Source: an uncultured Candidatus Poseidoniales archaeon (lineage in GTDB: Archaea; Thermoplasmatota; Poseidoniia; Poseidoniales; Thalassarchaeaceae). From it: a stretch of DNA of 64,000 nucleotides. The position numbers and the translations under genes were made by a program. Location of the stretch: contig CAZYIX010000003.1 of the NCBI GenBank assembly GCA_964647665.1, positions 10,742 to 74,741 on the forward strand, read 5' to 3'. The notes beneath the pieces are model-generated. The model searched no databases, had not been told where the DNA came from, and saw only the letters and a list, made by a program, of their open reading frames with translations. Numbering within the stretch: the first letter of the stretch is position 1; each line of letters begins with the position of its first letter. Positions 30,401-35,997 of the stretch are shown here, in pieces.

Positions 30401-30423
30401 GGGGGTATAACTGTCGTAGGCAT
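21442..30423 (-). CDS. 2,993-aa giant surface protein: N-terminal signal anchor, TSP3-like Ca-binding repeats, transglutaminase-like core, many Ig-like/CarboxypepD_reg-like modules, C-terminal TM, cytoplasmic DUF4129-like tail
   Basis: A single uninterrupted ORF. DxDxDGxxD motifs run throughout aa 50-720. GSCSEFATVFTTMARIAGLPARKVTGY ... AHFTAWSEV ... GWIPINP. TM WIWGTVVLIIAGAAVGIWILM. Tail ...TVREFEVAIRK...MFEIARYSRHE. Confidence 0.85.
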   Translation of the reverse strand: MPTTVIPPTTSRHSHLRVQRFRAIGLVLMMIFASLAAIEFGAWKVAASTDQDGDGLTLGMEFLLNTQPQDWDSDNDGLPDGWEWKYGLDPLDSSTLGNNGAAGDPDGDGLSNLQEYRYLEPTNWDQSSTANVLDNGVWWNGTVPVRNWNEEGALGSASPPACGDPGNDGQGSTILCDEDPMGNICNDGIDNDGDGDVDAADSDGDGDADCLSDDDDGDGLIDEDPDGWDTDNDGMSDGWEVANGLNATNPSNADGMYGDPDGDGLINIYEYVNPTWTTSSGGVDFFRPGPVSGTETVSPCSPVLGIGPGGGLTCTAEVDGVMQTNPQVADTDGDGLNDSYEALTLLTDPTSVDTDSDGIDDGVEVNGAYGNPPQASDPRNNNTDGDQLDDGDEDKNGNGQVDANETDPTRSEDAGDFDNDGIENWEENLSCTVWNIADTDFGGVNDGDEQNFSHGTDPCMSVIDFITTYSSYNAGQQRLYLANTTGFKPTGGVGYYNDSNGQLTGFGYQSVAAAYLIGVSVAPPGNSQFVISKNGSWCHYSALQSGQLGTTMNYCDDDYEDSDGDGLADWEELMGTFGFTSLPTQYDSDGDGVNDWDEVMNGTDPMEPCDNNMDTDGDLLNDYFENNVGCPVDYIPGIIGNGTLDTYITDYQNPDTDAGGVWDGQEYLDGTNPQNNAADDQNPIDTDGDGIPDSVENNTGTDWRDPDTDGGGMLDGEECPPPMWLFNCIGGQFDPWDPTDDVIENQIIFWANNSTFGPIDPNLPHYWRVHTYDAYTGASYGKNATYQIWVPMSIPFHDEGWIANSTFRNSTEVWTLQFTNPVFNTNVPHHYATTEYMMWVDGLASLNHSNITHDVRVSDSGVDMLLLQAPEIYFDTTALDNSIAYSAASNYAMEYPAVFTDPTHPYSQVGNITNTVTSSAISAWDKAVAIQDYLQNGDANTTFLLNFDGSALPMAEDVTNHILTAAYEGSCSEFATVFTTMARIAGLPARKVTGYSDGTWHGTGYTVTGAHFTAWSEVHLQQNAAGNNFDMGWIPINPCPAAEQVEVVNETWEPLTIDRDHSTGDIWLNGTLIFTDNGSAASDIMVHSYLITPQEAVTAPALAATGMRRLGTGTTDVNGSFSVKGIPGDAIAPGYGSIVLERVQQGYVPYGIEVFPWTINVTDDVIITQTTPSIPGQPIVGAGTTTTITGTMSWENVPLLDPSQQGNLTLFMNYTSAIDGVVSLQTIVGEQGYYEFDVTIDENEGIGMLNAMIDFPGWHQAGLHQSTPPEYHARPASLSIQFNISAAPNITANLQGPGLNDSLLEVGEDLYINGTVLSRGLNPVAMNGTMYLQMRQNGSTGPFNNITSWTMNGSNVNPADGVFNITWNASALALSMIGPGYIDVELLFIPDDLDASDVANLSTGYGLQSIVNIGVVLSPVQRGSMTTLFVQLTDHTDGQTVDFNGTYLTEFDGGLINTTVDPVGGAYMIEWTPSGSIDVGDYTWYTNYTSTSPWYKNASMNTLQRIQGLVTISTVLGSDWTHIGGTNNVSGVIRDDVSNNPVLGNDTDLIIQLELPGVGPPDPMGNPPPPIMIPLGVTALNNTTGSYFHSFTMPPNMPAGAYDLVVIADFNANPPAGGAYYIYEQPGQTIVGSESEAMLQLNETNVIVEAGQQLLIEVDVKDIAAYFSVPPVGQEDAQNISGASVEFFWNSSGANTSIGTGTSNSNGRVAFTWTVPINTEPAYYDVYVVMYDDVTDPVSATNAARWLGNNTLANVTVQVPTDIIIDVSVPTTVTAGTSFQLNGLVQDSVDPARPFSGPIGIEVFWLDEIDEKLITIHTTAVNGTFNVSVPTDPQGDGLTSGNHVLVVSVLNGTNPFYLSATGTHNMLVMGVTNFEALFPVFGVVVNRGDSIEFYGNLVETSDNNRAINTTVVDARFHDTWVGNTTTDVNGTARWNYTVPFDQPLGPITVTLFFNGSWHLLADSSPINTITIASLTVLVVDNITENPVAGTSFNVTGTLVSDNGTGIIYRDGSPMLPGLGFNIDGYTDTFSVHNGTAQADGSFWALVTLDADFPRGSHNLSVVFTPSVNYYGSSTGLNTFDSRGFSVLRIISPEHLNVDDRVVRGDVLNVTITLHDNAGDPIANATIVLNAPGMSTAGLITTDANGYGAVNLTVSNMTLPGPHDLFASFSGLPGTTGVLGDNASVGVVVLAPTVLSIDTIEGTLIAGQTLIVNGTLFDEHGMYLLGSDGNASGGIIHLLVDGQDVGSTWAVMTDPTFGTFSIAYTLPQGTTAGAHTVEVSFLGGYLWVDPIGSGDSANPEYYLPSNDQGAFNCSQPTHINIIDGGGDVDRESLISMSGVLLDLVDRPVANQTVEVYLDGVFLTNVTTDVDGEFSAFYPVPSDMTLGPVTMDVMFIGSEFHLPSSNQLSYTVYSPVNISIDPLQPAAIGDTMVITGTVRDNLPAGWVVNHTVEIRINDILYGTAVTDENGLWTFNWDVPIALDLGSHVIEVYAPAQGFYREGVTNGTFWIAHHSEISLSAEDGGDATRGMFWTISGRLYDSDEVGLPGIAGAQVHIALDGAGIDTITTDSEGRFTIIIPVSMNSARGAHTITARYDGDNSWLGSEEIEGVTTWADIVIEITYVSDNVIRSDSTHKLRIEGRIIEVGGSGNPLMGSELVLTYKSQEVPLIGGALFWDNQTNGFVIEFTPDVWVEPGDAEFLLEVTQDEPRHLNNNNETIDVFIRVQVEYEIIINRIAWEGRNVSGTVTVRDIHSSQVISNLSMTAYLRNSSEVDPLNLSFTRDTDGAGVFAFEFTSFQPIPPFSDQSFWGALHIRFDSTAPELSEDSRATLSLDVYSLTYEQPASASKSTPYWIWGTVVLIIAGAAVGIWILMKRRKQTIDELAEIFAYTAELLAAGDEIREAIFHCYEDLCAMLMTQGHLRRDFETVREFEVAIRKAMPISEEALTALDNMFEIARYSRHELGQAHKEQAQNALARTLQEITAITHNPELTPVEQ
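21445..21798 (-). other. cytoplasmic C-terminal tail of the giant protein, DUF4129-like
   Basis: 118 aa after the TM/KRRKQ stop-transfer. The pattern E.I..CY..L...L...G.....ETVREF...I........L..L...FE.ARYS is as in DUF4129 tails of TgpA-type transglutaminases. Confidence 0.5.
27270..27640 (-). other. transglutaminase-like (papain-fold) core within the giant protein
   Basis: Cys971 (codon 27511-27513), His1011, and Asn1037 (AAC, 27313-27315) where the family normally has Asp (alignment by eye). Confidence 0.6.
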
Positions 30424-30455
30424 GGCTGAACCCAGATGTTTCGCTGTCCGTGTAG

Positions 30456-30464
30456 GTATTAAGG
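30456..30464 (-). promoter_or_regulatory. TATA-like box (CCTTAATAC on the minus strand) upstream of the giant gene
   Basis: This is the only AT-rich block in the 105-nt spacer, about 33-40 nt upstream of the ATG at 30423. Confidence 0.3.
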
Positions 30465-30492
30465 CAAATGGAGCGACGTTCGGACGCGTACA

Positions 30493-30513
30493 GAACCCTC
30501 CATAGGAGGGTCT
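30493..30513 (-). terminator. hairpin after the 985-aa surface protein gene
   Basis: ACCCTCC (30495-30501) pairs with GGAGGGT (30505-30511), triloop, followed by a U-containing tract on the minus strand. Confidence 0.3.
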
Positions 30514-30528
30514 TGCTTCAAACAGCTA

Positions 30529-33486
30529 TCAATCATCGAGGTCAACGAGCTCAATTTCGTCATCATCATATGAGTCATCATCGTCTGCCTCGTCGCTGAT
30601 TGGGTCCGGAATATCCAGTTCTTCTTCATCGATTTCAAGTTCATCATCAACCCAGTCGTCGATGTATGTAACTCGGTTCTTGCGGCCCATCACCCAAGCG
30701 ACGACAAGCACAACCGCACCAAACATCAGCAGCATGGTTGTCCAGCGTTGGAACGGGTGAGTAATCTCCTGCCAAATGATAGCGAGAGGATTGCCAACAT
30801 TGACCTGCACAGTCACTGGTTTCTCGGCAGTGGAAGAATCTGGGAATGACTCATCTTCTGAAATCGGTTTAGCGGTGATGACCACCACCTTTTCTTCGCC
30901 GTTCAGAGCAGAATCAGGCGCCTGCACGTGTAGAGTGAACGTCGCCTCGCTGAAAGGTTGGATGCTGATGACTTCAGAACCTGTGGCGCTATCCACATCT
31001 GCACACCACTCATCGATGCTAGCCTCACCAGGTTCAGGACAGGAGCGCAGGTTGGAGGATAGCAACACAATGAATTCAGAATTGCCGTTATTGCGTACCT
31101 TCATCTGAATAGAGCGGGCCTCACCGGGTTGCAGTGGTGGCAATTGAGATACCTGATGAATAGAGAGGTCTGGGTCAGACTTCGCAACTTCGATGACGAT
31201 TGGAAGGTCGAAGTATCGAGCCTCGCTCTCATCCTGAATATCCTCAATTATTCGTAGGTATATCGTGTGATTCCCCTCGACTACTTGCTGGGTGAGGAAA
31301 ATATCCATGTCCAAAGTAATGGAATCCCCGGGAGCCAATTGCACCATCGGTGCAGAATCGCCATTCATATCCTTGATGTTGAAAACCCACAGCCCGTAAA
31401 CTGGATTTGCATCCGGATAGACCACGTCGTCGATATTGCGCTCAAGCAAAGCAGGGTTCTTCACCAACCAATCGGTAACTTGGTCTCCACTAGACAATGA
31501 ATTCACAACGTCAATGTTCAGAGAAAGATGGTCGGACGTTGATAGGCAGTCCTCGGCAACAATATGTCCGATTGGCACTATTCCATCACAATCGTACACC
31601 ACCTCAGCCTGTATGCCATAGGTGCGTTGGATGGTGAAGGATACAACCGCTTTCTGGGTCGAGTTGCCGATGCTGAGAATTTCCAGTTCAATCAAGCCAA
31701 CATCGGGGTCATCTCTACTCACTGAGGGCTTCACACGCAATCGTAGGACCTGTGTAGTGTGCCTATCGAGGTTACTGGTGTGGTATGTCCCATCACCTTC
31801 ATCCTCGTCAATACGCTCGCCGGTGTCATTGTCGTAGAACTGAACATTTGCCTTAGAATCCTGTAGTACGTCAATTCGGAACTGGTCTGTGTCGAATCCT
31901 GTGTTGAAAATCTCAAGATAGAAAGTAGTGAACACTCCGTTTTCCACATATCGCGGGATGCTCTCATCGATGTTGTCGAGGCTAGAGTTCGCGAAGTACT
32001 CGGTATGCTCCTCATTCCATATCGAGACCATAGGTGGAGCAAAGGTGTCCAACTTCTCAATATCCAACTGCAAATTGGCCTGGTGGACTAGAATTTCCTC
32101 CTCGTCGTATGCTACTGCTCGGAGGGTAATCTGGTCTGGGCTGCCAGACAGATCACTCGGGGCGCGCAATTCTAAAGTTGGATGAATCGACTGACCACCG
32201 TTCGGTAATGAGTATGTTCGGTCTGCTCGGTCCCAAATGACATCCCAATTCGAGCCAAGACTACCTAGCAGCGATAGTTCGACCGTCATGTTACCATCCG
32301 CACCAATATGCCGCAACTCAAGCGGAATGACGGTCGATTGGTCTGGAGCAACATACTCCACATTCCTACCAAGGTTGTGAGTAAGGCTGACTCCGTAATT
32401 ACTCAGACTCACCGGGTCGTGGTCAATCAGGAATGTCTTACCCTGGATATTTACGACTTCCAAGTCCACTTCATAATCGCCGGGCTCAAGGCCACCGGAG
32501 TAAGTCCAATTGAACTGAGCGCGAAGCGCGTTATTGTCCACAACCAATTCATTCTCATCGAAAGTGTGGCTTTCTTCAGTGAGGCCGTTGGGGTCAATGA
32601 CGGTCAGCCGAACAGTGTTGACATCATCGCGACCAAAAGAATCTCTAACTTCTAGATTAAACTGCATCACTCGGTTCTCTGGAGTGTCATTGGGGAACCA
32701 AACCTCAACTTCATCATCAGTCCAAACTGAACCGGGGCGGTGGACCTTGACCTGTGAACCTTCAACCGGATTAGTATTCACTTGAAGCATTGACCAACGG
32801 TCGGAAAACTCATCGATTTGATTGAAAGCCACCCAAGCATCGCATTCGTTGTCATGAAAGCTCCGGGCGCTGGAGTCGTTACCAAATCCGGGTCCACCAC
32901 CGCCACAGTTCATGCTAGCTGAGACTAGAACCTTGATTCGGTCACCTTCATCGATTGTGATTGATGATTGACTGAACTCAGGATACCTGTGATTCTCATT
33001 AAACCCACAACCGCCACTGCCAAAACCACCGTCACAAGCATCTGTTTCCCAAGAATCACTGGCGATGTGTGAATTCTCATTTAGGACGCTGATGGTCCAG
33101 TCTACTGTCGAGCCTTCTGGGCCTGTTGCTTTCAGGAAAAGTGTGAGGTGAAATTTGTATGCGTTACCCGTTGTTGAATCTCCGGAGATTTCGAGGTCAG
33201 ATAGCATTTCATTGGTGACGAATTCAACGGAGCCATCGGTTGCAGATTGGTCCTCTTGCCCACCACTATCCGGCCTTTCTGTGGTAATCAATCCGTCTCC
33301 GGGGATTCCACCGCTGGGTGAAGCGAAGTAGAGATCATAGTTGACCTGCCCTGCAGCCTCAAGTCGCTGTTCCACATCCATCAGTTCTTCAGCAGGAGCC
33401 GGAACGATTGTCGCCAAAGTAGAGAACATCAGGATACCGACAAGCAGCAATGGTATGGAACGAGCCATGTTGTAATTGTCGGACAT
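30529..33486 (-). CDS. about 985-aa secreted, C-terminally anchored surface protein with CARDB/NEW3-like beta-sandwich repeats (COG1470-like) and a poly-acidic cytoplasmic tail
   Basis: Signal-like MARSIPLLLVGILMFSTLATIVPAPA after M44 (33486). Repeated ...FYLEIFNTGFDTDQFRIDV..., ...IQMKVRNNGNSEFIVLL... patterns. TM TTMLLMFGAVVLVVAWVM. Tail DDWVDDELEIDEEELD...DDDD. The ORF-track start at 33615 adds a non-hydrophobic 43-aa leader and is unlikely. Confidence 0.75.
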   Translation of the reverse strand: MSDNYNMARSIPLLLVGILMFSTLATIVPAPAEELMDVEQRLEAAGQVNYDLYFASPSGGIPGDGLITTERPDSGGQEDQSATDGSVEFVTNEMLSDLEISGDSTTGNAYKFHLTLFLKATGPEGSTVDWTISVLNENSHIASDSWETDACDGGFGSGGCGFNENHRYPEFSQSSITIDEGDRIKVLVSASMNCGGGGPGFGNDSSARSFHDNECDAWVAFNQIDEFSDRWSMLQVNTNPVEGSQVKVHRPGSVWTDDEVEVWFPNDTPENRVMQFNLEVRDSFGRDDVNTVRLTVIDPNGLTEESHTFDENELVVDNNALRAQFNWTYSGGLEPGDYEVDLEVVNIQGKTFLIDHDPVSLSNYGVSLTHNLGRNVEYVAPDQSTVIPLELRHIGADGNMTVELSLLGSLGSNWDVIWDRADRTYSLPNGGQSIHPTLELRAPSDLSGSPDQITLRAVAYDEEEILVHQANLQLDIEKLDTFAPPMVSIWNEEHTEYFANSSLDNIDESIPRYVENGVFTTFYLEIFNTGFDTDQFRIDVLQDSKANVQFYDNDTGERIDEDEGDGTYHTSNLDRHTTQVLRLRVKPSVSRDDPDVGLIELEILSIGNSTQKAVVSFTIQRTYGIQAEVVYDCDGIVPIGHIVAEDCLSTSDHLSLNIDVVNSLSSGDQVTDWLVKNPALLERNIDDVVYPDANPVYGLWVFNIKDMNGDSAPMVQLAPGDSITLDMDIFLTQQVVEGNHTIYLRIIEDIQDESEARYFDLPIVIEVAKSDPDLSIHQVSQLPPLQPGEARSIQMKVRNNGNSEFIVLLSSNLRSCPEPGEASIDEWCADVDSATGSEVISIQPFSEATFTLHVQAPDSALNGEEKVVVITAKPISEDESFPDSSTAEKPVTVQVNVGNPLAIIWQEITHPFQRWTTMLLMFGAVVLVVAWVMGRKNRVTYIDDWVDDELEIDEEELDIPDPISDEADDDDSYDDDEIELVDLDD

Positions 33487-33688
33487 CGAAAGACCTGCTA
33501 CACCCCTCCCTGACCGTCCGGCCCATTTACGCTTTACCGCGTTAAGTTCGACCAAAGGTCGAAGTTGAAAGTGTTTGAAAAAGTGCGAAAAACAGCGTAT
33601 TAGAGTGATTCTCATCTACTTAATCAACCTCGGTTCCAAGCGAGTAGTTACTGCTGCGACAATCAACACTGACGCTGGAAGAAATTGC

Positions 33689-33774
33689 TGGTGCAGAGAG
33701 TAGGATTTGAACCTACGAAGGCTATTGCCCCCGGATCTTAAGTCCGGTGCCGTTGACCACTTGGCTATCCCTGC
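33689..33774 (-). tRNA. tRNA-Leu (anticodon UAA), class II, CCA encoded
   Basis: The reverse complement gives acceptor GCAGGGA/TCTCTGC, discriminator A and CCA. Anticodon stem CCGGA/TCCGG with loop CTTAAGA. T arm GTAGG-TTCAAAT-CCTAC. Confidence 0.85.
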
Positions 33775-33911
33775 GAGCGTGGCAATCGCCCACCTCTATT
33801 CAAGCGTGTGGAAGCCTCAGTAGTAAGTTCCCACTAACAATAAAGGGTGTAGGCTAACCTGTGTAGCGCTTATTTGCAAGTCTCGACAGGACTTGTCAGC
33901 GAGGCAATTGA

Positions 33912-35102
33912 ATGTCAGATGATATCGGCCGGGTTCACCTCGACCACCTCTCGACCACGCCACTGTCTGAAAGGGTCAGTGCGGCCATGCTAGGTTGGAC
34001 GGACCAACTGCATCTAGATCCTACAGCACCACAGCAGGAATCGGCAACAGTTCTGCAGGCTGTCGAGGCTGCCCGCTCATCAGTAGCCACTCTATTAGGG
34101 GCCAATCACCCAAGTGAAATCATCTTCACTTCTGGGGTTGATGAATCGGTCAATCATGCAATCAAAGGTGCAGCATGGGCTAGAGAGAGGAAGGGGAAGT
34201 GTGTGGTTGTAGGTGCAACCGAACATCTGAATGTTCAACGAGCAGCAAACTGGTTGTCTCAGCACGGGTTTGAAAGAAGGTGTTTCGGAGTCGATTCACA
34301 AGGCGTTTACGACCACGAATCATTGAAATCAATACTCGATGAAGGCGTCACGGTAGTATCCGCACATCTGGCCAACCATGAAACTGGAGTCATCCAGGAT
34401 TTCGCTAAAACATCCGATGACAATGCCAACCTGATTGGAGTCGTCAGAGCACATGCGAAAAATGCCTTGATTCACACCGATTTGACTGCTGCTGGCGGAC
34501 GAATGGAGATTTGTCTTGGTGGAAGCGGAATCGACCTAGCATCGATGTCAGGCCATGCGATTGGAGGCCCGCGAGGAATTGGAATCCTCTGGGTACGGCA
34601 AGGTGTGAGAATCGACTCTCTGATACACGGTGGGGGGCAAGAAGGTGGTCGCAGAGCCGGGCCACTGTCAGTAGCTGCGATAGTCGGCCTTGGAGCGGCT
34701 GCTGAGCAAGTGATGGAGTCGCTTGCAGATTCTATAGACTCCATGGATAGAATGTGTGACCGCTTACGAAAACACCTCGCTGGAAGAATGATGGGCGCTA
34801 CCTTCAACACCCCTGTAAAAGGTGCAGTATCAGGCATTATCAATCTGGCATTTACACCTATCGCGGCGGAGCCGCTATTGGTTGAAATCGATAGGCATCG
34901 AGTAGCACTTTCTTCCTCATCTTCATGCACTACTTCAGCAGGAGAGCCATCACATGTGCTCACTGCAATGGGCGCTGATGATAGCATGGCTCTCGCCGCT
35001 CTTCGAATCAGCCTTTCACCAAATAATACAGAGCCCGATATTGATGCGCTACTCGAAGCACTGGATTCTTCGCTACGAACCATGAAGCGAGCTTTGGCCT
35101 GA
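33912..35102 (+). CDS. NifS/IscS-like class V aminotransferase-fold protein lacking the PLP-binding lysine
   Basis: Collinear with IscS: HLDHLSTTP, FTSGVDESVNHAIKG, ANHETGVIQD, SMSGHAIGGPRGIGILWVR (SGHK becomes SGHA, GCG codon at 34557-34559), and the cysteine loop SSSSSCTTSAGEPSHVLTAMG is retained. Confidence 0.8.
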   Translation: MSDDIGRVHLDHLSTTPLSERVSAAMLGWTDQLHLDPTAPQQESATVLQAVEAARSSVATLLGANHPSEIIFTSGVDESVNHAIKGAAWARERKGKCVVVGATEHLNVQRAANWLSQHGFERRCFGVDSQGVYDHESLKSILDEGVTVVSAHLANHETGVIQDFAKTSDDNANLIGVVRAHAKNALIHTDLTAAGGRMEICLGGSGIDLASMSGHAIGGPRGIGILWVRQGVRIDSLIHGGGQEGGRRAGPLSVAAIVGLGAAAEQVMESLADSIDSMDRMCDRLRKHLAGRMMGATFNTPVKGAVSGIINLAFTPIAAEPLLVEIDRHRVALSSSSSCTTSAGEPSHVLTAMGADDSMALAALRISLSPNNTEPDIDALLEALDSSLRTMKRALA

Positions 35103-35103
35103 C

Positions 35104-35850
35104 TCAGGTCAATGACCATCCGCCATCGACATTGATGATCTGGCCTGTGACATATGTTGGTCCTGCGGCTAGGAATAGAACAGTGTTGGCAATTTCCTCA
35201 GCGGTACCGACTCGCCCCATTGGCACCTGTGAGAGAATCTCCTTTCTGCGAGCATCGGATTCCCAATCCTGGAACATGATGGCACCGGGACCAACAGCGT
35301 TGACACGGATGGTTGGAGCAAGTTCGACCGCGAGGCTTCGAGTAATCGCAATCAGTGCAGCCTTACTGGCGCTGTAATGGCTGTGATTGGGCCACGGAGA
35401 GGAGTCACTCGCATTATCGACAATATTCACCACGCTTCCCGGTGAGGATGCACCTTCGAAGGATAGATGCCGCGATGCATGATGAATCAGCATCAACGGT
35501 GCTTCAGCGTTCAGAATCCACATTTCACGAGCGGCATCGTCGTTCATTTCGCTGAGTGGAAGCCGTTCAAAGGACGAGGCATTATTCACAAGAATATCGA
35601 GCCTACCAGCACGTTCAACCACCTCATCAATCAACTGATGACGGTCATCAATTTCCCTCAGGTCGGCCTTTACCACTAGAGCATCGCCTCCTGCCGCCTC
35701 AATCTCATCGACCAAGGCCTCTGCGTCTTCTGTCGAACTATGGCAGTGAATGGCCACCATCGCCCCGGCTTTGGCAAGCACACGTGAAATTTCCGCTCCG
35801 ATACGCTTGGAACCCCCGGTTACCAAGGCCACTCTGTCGTCTAGACGCAT
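35104..35850 (-). CDS. short-chain dehydrogenase/reductase (pteridine reductase/FolM-like SDR)
   Basis: VALVTGGSKRIGAEI (TGxxxxxG), NNAS, and YSASKAAL catalytic motif. The start at 35850 gives a canonical N-terminus; the ORF track extends to 35970. Confidence 0.8.
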   Translation of the reverse strand: MRLDDRVALVTGGSKRIGAEISRVLAKAGAMVAIHCHSSTEDAEALVDEIEAAGGDALVVKADLREIDDRHQLIDEVVERAGRLDILVNNASSFERLPLSEMNDDAAREMWILNAEAPLMLIHHASRHLSFEGASSPGSVVNIVDNASDSSPWPNHSHYSASKAALIAITRSLAVELAPTIRVNAVGPGAIMFQDWESDARRKEILSQVPMGRVGTAEEIANTVLFLAAGPTYVTGQIINVDGGWSLT

Positions 35851-35997
35851 CGGATTACGAGGTGATTCCACAGGTGCCTGAGGCACCTCCTGAACTTCAA
35901 CGTGACCTATTGGATTGACTCGGATTCCCGCCCGAAGGGCGGGGAACAAACGATTAACCTCATTCGCCATTACAAGGCCTATCGAGGAGCGGAGCGG

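Noticed and set aside
21442-30423. Dozens of 60-180-aa ORFs on both strands inside the giant gene (for example 22663..23208 + and 29621..30073 +). The same applies inside 13242-16724, 30529-33615 and 58549-63999.
   Set aside because: They are shadow ORFs within long uninterrupted, motif-rich coding frames. Their translations are Ser/Pro/Thr-rich or hydrophobic nonsense with no motifs.
33487-33615. N-terminal extensions proposed by the ORF track. These include 33487-33615, 62493-62687, 16680-16724, 642-755, 35902-35997, 35851-35970, 42415-42528, 55256-55390, 53996-54043, 55257-55298 and 58346-58396.
   Set aside because: The extensions either overlap neighbouring genes or promoters, or add Arg/Pro-rich or non-hydrophobic leaders ahead of a clear signal peptide or a canonical family N-terminus. 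Internal ATG/GTG starts give conventional proteins.
17816-33689. The idea that the segment between the two tRNA-Leu genes is an integrated mobile island.
   Set aside because: No integrase, transposase or plasmid/virus hallmark genes were found. I also found no direct repeat of either tRNA 3' end by eye. It remains only a weak possibility that needs comparative genomics.
34472-35119. A 215-aa antisense ORF opposite the NifS-like gene. Similar long antisense ORFs are 5819..6358, 9197..9721, 36934..37386, 42834..43415 and 56070..56681.
   Set aside because: Each lies fully within or opposite a gene with strong family motifs. They are Ala/Ser/Arg/Pro-rich, as expected for the reverse frame of GC-balanced coding DNA.
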